Positions 11,572-19,945 of a DNA stretch of 64,000 nt are shown here, piece after piece. Made by a program: the position numbers and the translations under genes. How positions within the stretch are numbered: the first letter of the stretch is position 1; each line of letters opens with the position of its first letter. Below the pieces are notes generated by a model. The model had not been told where the DNA came from and ran no database searches. It was given only the letters and a program-made list of their open reading frames with translations. The stretch lies in contig CBDCQT010000013.1 of the NCBI GenBank assembly GCA_965220745.1, forward strand, positions 32,001-96,000, read 5' to 3'. The DNA is from Alphaproteobacteria bacterium. Lineage in GTDB: Bacteria > Pseudomonadota > Alphaproteobacteria > UBA828.

Positions 11572-11943
11572 TTACGGGTCCCGGCTCAGGCCCCGTTCCT
11601 CCAGCGCATCGAGGTATGTGCGCCAGATCGCATCGCGGTGCTCCGCGAGGTGGCGCAGGTAGGACCACGTGTAGATGCCGGTGGTGTGCAGGTCGTCGAA
11701 GTGGAGGCGCACGGCGTAGTTACCGACCGGCTCGATCAGGGTGATTCCGACGTAGCGGCGGCCCGGAACGATGGTCTTGCCCTCGCCGTGCCCCCTGACC
11801 TCGGCGGACGGGCTCTCCACCCGCAGCAGCTCGGCCGGCAGGCTGCACCTCAGGTCGTCGTCGAAATCGACTTCGAGCGTCTTCTCGGCGCTCCTGTAGC
11901 GAAGCTCGACCGGCCAGGGTTGGTCCTCGAAGGGCGTGCTCAC
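11572..11943 (-). CDS. DUF971 domain protein
   Basis: [37 protein letters not shown]. Confidence 0.92.
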   Translation of the reverse strand: MSTPFEDQPWPVELRYRSAEKTLEVDFDDDLRCSLPAELLRVESPSAEVRGHGEGKTIVPGRRYVGITLIEPVGNYAVRLHFDDLHTTGIYTWSYLRHLAEHRDAIWRTYLDALEERGLSRDP

Positions 11944-12140
11944 CGGGCCTCGCCTTCCTCCAGCGGCCGGGCCTCGTCCGGCAGCATGATCGGAATGCCG
12001 TCCCGGATGGGGAACGCCAGCTTGGCCTTGTCGCTGATCAGCTCCTGCCGCTCGGCGTCGTAGCGCAGCGGCTCCTTGGTCAGCGGGCAGACCAGGATCT
12101 CCAGCAGCTTGGGGTCGACCGTGGCCCGTTCCTCTCCCAT
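11940..12140 (-). CDS. Trm112 family (UPF0434) protein
   Basis: [14 protein letters not shown]...[12 protein letters not shown]. Confidence 0.93.
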   Translation of the reverse strand: MGEERATVDPKLLEILVCPLTKEPLRYDAERQELISDKAKLAFPIRDGIPIMLPDEARPLEEGEAR

Positions 12141-12154
12141 CCGCGCGGCCTCCT

Positions 12155-12820
12155 TCACTGCATCCGCGACTTTGGTCCAGCTGCGCCGTGGGCCGCCATC
12201 TCGAACAGCGCCTGCATCATGGCCACCCGCTGGCTCTCGCTCGAGCATTCGAGCAGCGCCTGCTTCTCGCTCGGCTCGAAGGGGCAGGCCATGGCGAGGC
12301 ATGTGACCAGCGCCTCGTCGCTGGCCCGCTCGATCGCGTCCCAGTCGGCAGTGAGCCCGTGGTGATCGAAGTAGGCCCTGAGCGCCGGGAGCAGGCTGCC
12401 GCGGTCGACGGCGAGCGGTGCCGGTTCCGGCAGGTCGCCGGTAAAGCGGCCGTAGTCGGCACGGACTCGCCGATACATCAGGCTGTCCTGCTCCAGCTCG
12501 CGCGCGATGGCGAAGCGGCAGACGCCGGTGAGCGTGATCAGGAAGCGGTTGTCCGGCGTCTCGGAGAACGACGTGATGCGGCCCACGCAGCCCACCGGAT
12601 AGACCTCCGGCGCATCCAGCTTCGCCTGCGGGTCGGCCGGCTGGATCATGCCGATCATCTTGTGCGAGGCCATCGCGTCCTGCGTCATCTCCAGGTAGCG
12701 GGGCTCGAAGATGTTGAGCGGCAGCCGCCCGCGCGGCAGCAGCAGGACCCCCGGCAACGGGAAGATCGGGATGACGCGCGGCAGCTCGTCGAGGCCGCCC
12801 GGTTCGGGGCCGGCGGTCAC
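12155..12820 (-). CDS. LON peptidase substrate-binding domain protein
   Basis: [30 protein letters not shown]; GTG start assumed. Confidence 0.9.
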   Translation of the reverse strand: MTAGPEPGGLDELPRVIPIFPLPGVLLLPRGRLPLNIFEPRYLEMTQDAMASHKMIGMIQPADPQAKLDAPEVYPVGCVGRITSFSETPDNRFLITLTGVCRFAIARELEQDSLMYRRVRADYGRFTGDLPEPAPLAVDRGSLLPALRAYFDHHGLTADWDAIERASDEALVTCLAMACPFEPSEKQALLECSSESQRVAMMQALFEMAAHGAAGPKSRMQ

Positions 12821-12828
12821 GGCATGCC

Positions 12829-13734
12829 TCAGGAGAACAGGATCGACGAGAGCTTGCGCCGGCCCGCGACCGTGAGCGGGTCGGTATGGCCCAAGGCCTC
12901 GAACAGCTTGAGCAGCTGCTGCCGCGCGGCCTCCTCGTTCCACTCCCGATCCTGCCGGATGATCTCGATCAGCTCGTCGATGGCCTGCTCGTTGCGCCCC
13001 GCGCCGTGATAGGCCATGGCGAGGTCGAAGCGCGCCTGATGGTTGCCGGGATCCTGGGCGAGCCGCGCCTGAAGCTCGGCGGTGTCGCCATCGGCCTCGC
13101 CGGCCTGCTCCGCAAGCGCGAGGGCCGATACCGCGCTCTCCACGTCGGCATCCTTGAGCGCGTCGTCGTCGAGCCCGTCCACCAGCTCACGGGCTTCCTG
13201 GAGGTCGCCGGCACCGACGAGGCAGCGCACCAGCCCCGCGATTGCCGCCGCCTCGCCCGGCACCTGGCGCAGAATCTGGCCGTAGATGTTCGACGCACTG
13301 GCGAAATCGCCAGCATCCAGCGCGTCCTTGGCCTGCTCCAGCGCCTGCTCCAGCGGCGAGGGGCCCATCGGCCCCACCAGCCGCTCCACGAAGCGCTTGA
13401 TCTGGCTTTCCGGCTGGGCGCCCATGAAGCCGTCGACCGGCTGCCCCTTGTCGAAGGCGAACACGGCCGGAATCGACTGGATGCGGAGCTGCTGCGCGAT
13501 CTCCGGATTCTCGTCGATGTTGATCTTGACCAGCGCCACCTTGCCGCCGGCGTCTCTGACCGTCTTCTCCAGAATCGGCGCGAGCTGCTTGCAGGGACCG
13601 CACCAGGGCGCCCAGAAGTCGACGATCACCGGCGTCTGTTGCGACGCCTCGATCACGTCGGCGGCAAAGCTCTGGGTCGTCGCGTCCTTCGGCTGCGCGG
13701 CGCCGCCGGCCGACTGGCCAATGAGGGTATCCAT
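12829..13734 (-). CDS. ybbN: Thioredoxin-TPR chaperedoxin (YbbN/CnoX family)
   Basis: WAPWCGPC thioredoxin site, TPR-like C-terminus ending [11 protein letters not shown]. Confidence 0.9.
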   Translation of the reverse strand: MDTLIGQSAGGAAQPKDATTQSFAADVIEASQQTPVIVDFWAPWCGPCKQLAPILEKTVRDAGGKVALVKINIDENPEIAQQLRIQSIPAVFAFDKGQPVDGFMGAQPESQIKRFVERLVGPMGPSPLEQALEQAKDALDAGDFASASNIYGQILRQVPGEAAAIAGLVRCLVGAGDLQEARELVDGLDDDALKDADVESAVSALALAEQAGEADGDTAELQARLAQDPGNHQARFDLAMAYHGAGRNEQAIDELIEIIRQDREWNEEAARQQLLKLFEALGHTDPLTVAGRRKLSSILFS

Positions 13735-13955
13735 ACCCGCATGCTCCCGGCTGGAGAGATTCGGTTGGGCAAGAGCTACATGGCAGCTTGCACCGGGCCT
13801 TGCAAGCCTGCCCCGGTCTTGATTGCGCGCGCGTGAGCACCGGACGGGATGGTCCCGTCCGGTCGCCGCGCCGTCGTCTCGCGGCACCGCCGCGAGCGGG
13901 AGAGGGGAGGAGCGCGCCGCCGCCCGGTGAGGCGCTCAGCACGCCCCTCGGCTGC

Positions 13956-14456
13956 TTACTTGATCATGGAAAAGATAATCGCCGGCACCAGCGGCTCCCC
14001 GGCGGGCTGAATCGCCTCGATGCAGATGTTCGCCTCGGGATTGCTGGCCGACATCATGACTTCCAGCATGTCGCCCGCCTCCATGGGAACGATGCCCTGC
14101 GAGATGATGACGTCCTTGGCCATGCTCCCTTCGTCCTGACAGAGCTGGACATTGGAGTTGGCGACGTCTGCACCGTTGATGCGCAGCCACAGGTCGAAGC
14201 ACCCGTAAGGCCCGCCGCCTTCGCGGCCGACCTGGGGTGCGGCGACGATCAGATAAGGCCCGGCTTCGCCGACGGTGATCTGGTTGTTGGCGAGCGTGAC
14301 GCCCTCCGCCGCGTCGATGATATCCATTTCGACCAGCGTTGGTGCCGTGCCCGGGCACTGGGTCACCGATGACGATGCCTGAAGATACTGGGCGGCATTG
14401 GCCACACTGGCCGACGCGACAAGTACCGCCATTGTCAAGACGAGCTTCTTCATCAT
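13956..14456 (-). CDS. Secreted beta-rich hypothetical protein, possibly C1q/TNF-like (BclA-CTD-like) fold
   Basis: Signal peptide MMKKLVLTMAVLVASASVANA, RBS GGGAGG, pattern ITV.EAGPYLI...LWLRING...EAGD.LEV. Confidence 0.75.
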   Translation of the reverse strand: MMKKLVLTMAVLVASASVANAAQYLQASSSVTQCPGTAPTLVEMDIIDAAEGVTLANNQITVGEAGPYLIVAAPQVGREGGGPYGCFDLWLRINGADVANSNVQLCQDEGSMAKDVIISQGIVPMEAGDMLEVMMSASNPEANICIEAIQPAGEPLVPAIIFSMIK

Positions 14457-14491
14457 GGTCTTATCCTCCCTGTTGGATTTGACCGCTGACC

Positions 14492-14520
14492 AGAGTAGGG
14501 GGCCCGTCAAGGCTTGACAA
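14492..14520 (-). promoter_or_regulatory. Putative sigma70 promoter for the secreted protein gene
   Basis: TTGTCA-N17-TACTCT on the minus strand. Confidence 0.5.
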
Positions 14521-14601
14521 TTAAACTCATCGGCTCGTCACGTAGCCATTAGCCCCGATCATGCATCTCGATCGCGGCTCGCGGCACTCAATTTGGACGG
14601 G

Positions 14602-14955
14602 CTAGTGCGTCGTCGACGCCGTCTCTTTCGGCGCTGTGCTGCGTAGCGTGTCGAGCAGGGCAGGGTCCAGGGGGTCGAGGGGCCGCCCGGCGATCTCCTC
14701 GGCCGCGACCCAAATCTGGGGCAAGTGCGCCACCATGGCCGAGCGGCCCGCGTGGCTCTTGACGACATACTGGTTGCTGGCCCAGTCGGACGCGGCGCAG
14801 CCGTAGTGGTTCAGGATTCGATTGATCAGGGCGACGCGATTCAGGCGACCGAGATAGCGCGCCCGGCCGGTCTCGGGCTCGGCCGCGCGGCCCGCGTCCG
14901 TGCCGGCCTCGGTCCAGTGCGTGCCGCCGGCCATCATCGTACAGAACGCACACAC
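14602..14955 (-). CDS. Small N-terminal CxxC hypothetical protein (paralog of 36514-36876)
   Basis: GTG start after GGAGGA RBS; MCAFC...HWTEAGTDAGR...DW...Y...LP.IW.A.E...G.P.DPLDPAL. Confidence 0.8.
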   Translation of the reverse strand: MCAFCTMMAGGTHWTEAGTDAGRAAEPETGRARYLGRLNRVALINRILNHYGCAASDWASNQYVVKSHAGRSAMVAHLPQIWVAAEEIAGRPLDPLDPALLDTLRSTAPKETASTTH

Positions 14956-15024
14956 GGCTAATCCTCCCCGGCGCGCGCAGCTCCGCGCCACCCTTGCGCT
15001 CGCGCCAGCGTAGCGCGGCGTTCC

Positions 15025-15141
15025 GCTCTGGAGAAGGTCGAAAGGATGGACTCGTCCAAAACCGTCGATTAGCAATGTCGGTCGCTGTCCGGATGGGATG
15101 AAAGCCCCGTAAACGTAGAGATAACGGACTATCACCGATGA
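15025..15141 (+). pseudogene. Decayed higB toxin remnant
   Basis: Frame reads ALEK...TVD*QCRSLSGWDESPVNVEITDYHR*; VEIxDYH is the HigB C-terminal signature; stop overlaps the higA ATG. Confidence 0.7.
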
Positions 15142-15431
15142 TCGGACCGATACACCCTGGCATCACCCTGCGCGAAGACTTCATGGAGCCGCTCAACTTG
15201 AGCGCGAACGGCCTCGCGGAGGCGCTCGGCATCCCCCAGAATCGGATCAGCGATATCGTGCGCGGCCGGCGCGGCGTCACGGCCGACACCGCACTCAGGC
15301 TCGAGCGCGCCTTCGGTGTCTCCGCCGGCTTCTGGCTCAACCTGCAGTCGCATTACGAGCTCGAGGTCGCCAGGCGGGACGCGGGGAAGGCGATCGAGAA
15401 GTCGGTCAGGCGGCTTTCAAGTGCCGCCTGA
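15138..15431 (+). CDS. higA: HigA family antitoxin (XRE HTH)
   Basis: HPG..LREDFMEPL, IVRGRRGVTADTALRL, FWLNLQ. Confidence 0.93.
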   Translation: MIGPIHPGITLREDFMEPLNLSANGLAEALGIPQNRISDIVRGRRGVTADTALRLERAFGVSAGFWLNLQSHYELEVARRDAGKAIEKSVRRLSSAA

Positions 15432-15442
15432 AACGCATGCCG

Positions 15443-16294
15443 TCACGACGTTCCGAGTTCGGCGAGTAGACCGTAGTGATCCGAAACCGGTAACGGCTTT
15501 CCGTCGGGGAGCGGCACAACCGGCTCGTCGAGGACGGTGCGCACAGCGGACACAGCGAAGTTGCGACGGCCCGGCCGCACGAAGATGTGGTCCACCCGGC
15601 GGGCGGGGCCGGCGGCCCGGCCTCGGTTGAGCGGATTGGCCGGGTCCCAGGTGCCCTGAGGCCGGGCGTCGTCCGGTAGTCCGGCGGCAACGTCCGCAAA
15701 GCCAGCGTCGCCCAAGAGCCGAGCGGTCACGGGGTCCGCGGCCGGGTCGCAGTTGAAGTCGCCGGCGAGCACGACCGTGCCGTCGAAGGGCGTAGCGGCG
15801 GTCTCGATGGCCTGGGCGACCTGCGCGCTCCGCCGGTCGGCCGCGCCCAGGCGTCGCTTCCGCCGGTAGGCGCCGCCGGCGGTGGCGTGAAGATTGATGA
15901 CGCGGATGGGGCCGAGGCCGGGCGTATCCACCGTGCAGGCCAGCATCCCGCGCGGGCCGAAAAGACCCTCCTCCAGCGTCTGCTGCGCGAAGGACGTGCA
16001 TGAAGCGTCCGTCATTGCGTCGCGGGAGAGCGTGAGCAGCCCGGTGCCGTAGAAGCGGCTGGCCTCGGCGATGCCGACGCCGTGGGGGTAGAGATCGCGA
16101 AGCTCCGCCGCCAGCCTCACCTTGACGCGTTGCGGTACCAGCTCCTGCAGCAGCACGATATCGGCGTCCACGCCGCGCAACGCGGGCGCGAGATGCGCGG
16201 CACGGGCCACCACGTGGGGCACGTCCTCGTAGAGCGGGGCACCGAACAAGCGAATTTCGGTGAGGCCGGTATTGAAGGTCAGGACGCGCAGCAT
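15443..16294 (-). CDS. Endonuclease/exonuclease/phosphatase (EEP) family protein
   Basis: LRVLTFN, DIVLLQE, AGDFN, RVDHIF and SDHYG motifs. Confidence 0.9.
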   Translation of the reverse strand: MLRVLTFNTGLTEIRLFGAPLYEDVPHVVARAAHLAPALRGVDADIVLLQELVPQRVKVRLAAELRDLYPHGVGIAEASRFYGTGLLTLSRDAMTDASCTSFAQQTLEEGLFGPRGMLACTVDTPGLGPIRVINLHATAGGAYRRKRRLGAADRRSAQVAQAIETAATPFDGTVVLAGDFNCDPAADPVTARLLGDAGFADVAAGLPDDARPQGTWDPANPLNRGRAAGPARRVDHIFVRPGRRNFAVSAVRTVLDEPVVPLPDGKPLPVSDHYGLLAELGTS

Positions 16295-16301
16295 CGGTGC
16301 A

Positions 16302-17228
16302 CTACGGCCCTGGCCCTGCCCGGATCATGGGCCGAGAACTGCGGTTGACCAGGAAGAGGCCGGCAAAGAGCAGCGCGACCGCGAGGCCGATCCAGGGGCT
16401 CGGCACCTCGCCGAAATAAAGCGCGGCCCAGCCCATCCCGCACAGCGGGCCGATGTAGCCGTTGGTCGAGAAGAAGACCGGCCCCACCATGCGAATGATT
16501 TCCAGCCCGAGCACGAAGAAGCACGCGGTGAGCGCGCCGCCGCCGATCAGCGACCAGTCGCCGTCGGTCATGGTGCCGTCGAACAGCCACCAGCTGTCGG
16601 CGGCAGCCATCACCGGCAGCATCAGAATCGCGCTCGCGAAGGCGATGCCGCAGGTCAGCGGGATCGGCTGGCTGCCGGCCGGGCGAAGGAACACCACCGT
16701 GACGCTGCCGAAGGCGTAGCAAACCGGCGAGCCGAAGGCCAACAGCAGCCACGGTGCCATGCCGGGCTCCGGCAGGCTGGCCCCCGGCGCCAGCACCACC
16801 AGGATTCCCGCGAGACCGAGCATGATGCCCGCGACCCGCAGCAGCCGCACGGTGTCGATCTTGAACAGGATCGAGAAGGCGTAGGTCAAGATCGGCGAGA
16901 GCGTCAGCGTCAGTGCCACCGCGCCGGCCGGTACTCTGGGCGCGGCCAGCGCAAGCAGGGTGTAGGGGAGCGCGATGCCGATGAAGCCGAAGATGAAATA
17001 GAAACGAAGGTAGACGCCGCTGAGCTTCGGGCGCTGCCCCACCGCGAGGCCCGCGATCAGGGCGACCGCCCCTGCCGTCACGCCCTGCCAGAAAACGAAG
17101 GGAAAGGTCGGAACGCCTTCGGTAATGGCGATCCGGTTGAGCGAGAAGGTCATGGCGTAGCTGGAGGCGCCGAAGAGCAGCATGGCGAGGGGCACCAGGT
17201 GCCCGCTGCTCTGTACGGTGCGGCTCAC
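16302..17228 (-). CDS. DMT/EamA family transporter
   Basis: About 10 hydrophobic segments in two repeats; FGE near the C-terminus. Confidence 0.85.
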   Translation of the reverse strand: MSRTVQSSGHLVPLAMLLFGASSYAMTFSLNRIAITEGVPTFPFVFWQGVTAGAVALIAGLAVGQRPKLSGVYLRFYFIFGFIGIALPYTLLALAAPRVPAGAVALTLTLSPILTYAFSILFKIDTVRLLRVAGIMLGLAGILVVLAPGASLPEPGMAPWLLLAFGSPVCYAFGSVTVVFLRPAGSQPIPLTCGIAFASAILMLPVMAAADSWWLFDGTMTDGDWSLIGGGALTACFFVLGLEIIRMVGPVFFSTNGYIGPLCGMGWAALYFGEVPSPWIGLAVALLFAGLFLVNRSSRPMIRAGPGP

Positions 17229-17240
17229 GAAGGCCGCCCG

Positions 17241-18011
17241 TCACTCCGGGAGGCCGATGGTGAGGCCGCCGTCGATGACGAGCGATGTCCCGGTAATCCA
17301 GCGGGCGTCGTCGGAAGCGAGGTAAACAAAGCCGTCGGCGATGTCGCGCGGCGTGCCAATGCGGCCCAACGGCGTGCGACCCGCTGCGCGGGCGAGGGAG
17401 GCGTCCGGATCCGGCTGCTCCGCGATGAAGCCCTCGAACATCGGCGTGTCCACGAAGCCGGGGCAGACGCAGTTGGCGCGGATGCCGTGCGGCGCTCCGT
17501 CGAGCGCCATGCAGCGCGTGAGCATGATGAGCCCGGCCTTGGAGGCGACGTAAGCGGCATCCTGGCGCGCCGCGACGACGCCAGCGATCGAGGCCGTGCT
17601 CAGGATCGCGCCGCCGCCGGCATCGGCGAAGTGCGGCCAGAACGCCTTGGAGACCCGATAGGCGCCGCTCAGGTTGATGTCGATCTCCCGCTGCCAGTCG
17701 GCCTCCGTAAGCTCCGCCACGCCGCCCAGGATGGTGACTCCGGCGTTGTTCACCAGCACGTCGATCCGGCCCAGCGCCGCCAGCGCCTCCTCGGCGAGCC
17801 GCGCCGCGTCGGCCTCGCTGGTGATGTCGGCGCGGACGGAATGTGCAGCGCCCCCGTTCGCGACGATCGACGCAGCGACGGCGGCGGCGCCCTCAGCGTC
17901 CAGGTCTGCGCAGACCACCGCCGCGCCCTCCTCGGCGAAGCGGAGCGCCGTCTCGCGGCCGATGCCCGACGCGGCGCCGGTGACGACGGTGTTCTTTCCG
18001 GCGAGTCTCAC
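17241..18011 (-). CDS. Short-chain dehydrogenase/reductase
   Basis: TGAASGIG, NNAG and YVASK motifs. Confidence 0.95.
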   Translation of the reverse strand: MRLAGKNTVVTGAASGIGRETALRFAEEGAAVVCADLDAEGAAAVAASIVANGGAAHSVRADITSEADAARLAEEALAALGRIDVLVNNAGVTILGGVAELTEADWQREIDINLSGAYRVSKAFWPHFADAGGGAILSTASIAGVVAARQDAAYVASKAGLIMLTRCMALDGAPHGIRANCVCPGFVDTPMFEGFIAEQPDPDASLARAAGRTPLGRIGTPRDIADGFVYLASDDARWITGTSLVIDGGLTIGLPE

Positions 18012-18061
18012 GGAGGTTGGGGGTCAGGCCCGCTTACGCGGGCATACTCTCGTGCCAACGC

Positions 18062-19027
18062 TCAGCCCGGGTTGGCCAAGCGTTTGCGCTTGGCTCTACC
18101 CATGGCGATCAAGCCGACGACCGCGAACAGGCTGAGGAAGATCATGATGACCAGGCCGGCCGTCGACACATAGGCCCATTCGAGATCGAAAAACGTTAAC
18201 TTGTATATGTAGACCGATATGGTCTCGGTCGAGAATCCGGGTCCACCCTTGGTCATGATCCACATGATGTCGAACAGCTTGAACGCCTCGACCGAGCGGA
18301 TAACCAAGGCGATGACCATGACAATCTTCATTCTGGGCAGGACGATGCGCCAGAACTTGTGGAACCAGTTTGCGCCCAGCAGGGTCGCCGCCTTCAACTG
18401 ATCCTCCGGCACCGAGATGATGCCGGCGAGCAGGATCAGGAACATGAGCGGCGTCCATTGCCAGATGTCGGCAACCATGATCGCGATCATCGATCGGATC
18501 GGGTGTCCCAGCCAGACGACATCGAAATCGAGGCCGGTCATCCCGCTGATGATCTGGTTAATCGGGCCGTTGCTCTGGAAAAGCATGAAGAACATGTAAC
18601 CGGCCACGGAGGGCACGATCATCATCGGCATCAACAGGATGACGTAGAAAATGCGTTTGCCGTGGAACCGATCGACGAAGAGAGTTGCGAGACCGAGGCC
18701 GAGAAGGAACTCGATCGGGACCACGACGGCCATGATCAGGAAGGTTCGCCCGACCGATCCCCAGAGGCGGCCATCCTGGAAAATCTCAACGTAATTGTCG
18801 AACCAGTTGAGCGATTCGAAGGCATAAATCCACGTTGTTCCGTCGAGCGGACCCCACCAGGTCAGGCTCAAGTAAATCAGCATGAGCGCGGGGAAGGTGA
18901 CGATGAAGACCAGCAGAAGCTGTGCCGGGATCGTCATCCTGATACCGAGCCTCTTGCCCAGCCGCTCGATCGAGAGCGAACCGGCGCGACGCACCGGCGG
19001 GCCGGAGTCTGCCGTTACTTCCGTCAT
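18062..19027 (-). CDS. Carbohydrate ABC transporter permease (MalF-like)
   Basis: DIWQWTP, AATLLGA (EAA loop), MTKGGPG. Confidence 0.9.
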   Translation of the reverse strand: MTEVTADSGPPVRRAGSLSIERLGKRLGIRMTIPAQLLLVFIVTFPALMLIYLSLTWWGPLDGTTWIYAFESLNWFDNYVEIFQDGRLWGSVGRTFLIMAVVVPIEFLLGLGLATLFVDRFHGKRIFYVILLMPMMIVPSVAGYMFFMLFQSNGPINQIISGMTGLDFDVVWLGHPIRSMIAIMVADIWQWTPLMFLILLAGIISVPEDQLKAATLLGANWFHKFWRIVLPRMKIVMVIALVIRSVEAFKLFDIMWIMTKGGPGFSTETISVYIYKLTFFDLEWAYVSTAGLVIMIFLSLFAVVGLIAMGRAKRKRLANPG

Positions 19028-19890
19028 TGCTTCAGCGCCCCGAAGGTAAGCCCGCGCACCAGGTGCTTCTGGATGATGATGCCGAGAACGACCGGCGGGA
19101 TCGCAGCCACCAAGCCTAACGCCGCCTTGGCACCGTACATCGGACCGGTCATCGCGACGCTGAGCTCGCTCATGTAGACGGGGATGGTCACCCAATCCTT
19201 CCGGGTCAGCAGCAGGGCGATGAGGTAATCGCTCCAATTGAGGATGAAGACGAACAGGCACGTCGTCGCCAACGGCGCCTTCACCATGGGCAGAGTCACC
19301 CTGTAGAACACGCGCCAGTGGCTGCAGCCTTCGACCAGCGCGGCCTCCTCGATTTCAAGCGGCACTTCATCGAAGAACGTCATCATCAGCCAGAAGGCGA
19401 AGGGCAGGGTGACGATGCCGTAGATCAGCGCCAGTCCCCACCAGGTATCGACCATGCCGAGGAACGTCCACATGACCATCACCGGAATGACCACGGCGAT
19501 GGGCGGGAACAGGCGGAGCTGAAGGACGCCGAGGGGCAGGTTGCGGCCGACCGCAAAGCGCGACACCCCGTAGGCGCCGAGCGTGCCGGCGAAGACCGCG
19601 ATCAAAGTTCCGAACGACGCGATCAGCAGGCTCGACAGAATCGGGCGGATCGCGATGCGGTCCAGCGTGACGATGACCTCTTCCGTCTCGCCGGTGAAGA
19701 TGTACTCGAAGTTGCCGAGCGTGGGATTCTTGGGCAGCCACGTGACGTCGGCGATGGCGGTCGTCCACTCCGCCACCGGCTTGAACGCCATCGTTGCCAT
19801 CCAGGCGATCGGTATCAGCGCGATAACGATCGCGAAGAGTATGGCAAGATAACGCAGCCCTTCGTACACGAAGCGATTCGACAAGGGCAT
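19024..19890 (-). CDS. Carbohydrate ABC transporter permease (MalG-like)
   Basis: EIEEAALVEG, WSDY, LVRGLTFGALK. Confidence 0.9.
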   Translation of the reverse strand: MPLSNRFVYEGLRYLAILFAIVIALIPIAWMATMAFKPVAEWTTAIADVTWLPKNPTLGNFEYIFTGETEEVIVTLDRIAIRPILSSLLIASFGTLIAVFAGTLGAYGVSRFAVGRNLPLGVLQLRLFPPIAVVIPVMVMWTFLGMVDTWWGLALIYGIVTLPFAFWLMMTFFDEVPLEIEEAALVEGCSHWRVFYRVTLPMVKAPLATTCLFVFILNWSDYLIALLLTRKDWVTIPVYMSELSVAMTGPMYGAKAALGLVAAIPPVVLGIIIQKHLVRGLTFGALKQ

Positions 19891-19945
19891 CCAAACGCTC
19901 ACCGTGGTGTCGCGTGCATTATCGCAAATCCAGAGGAGGGGCGCC

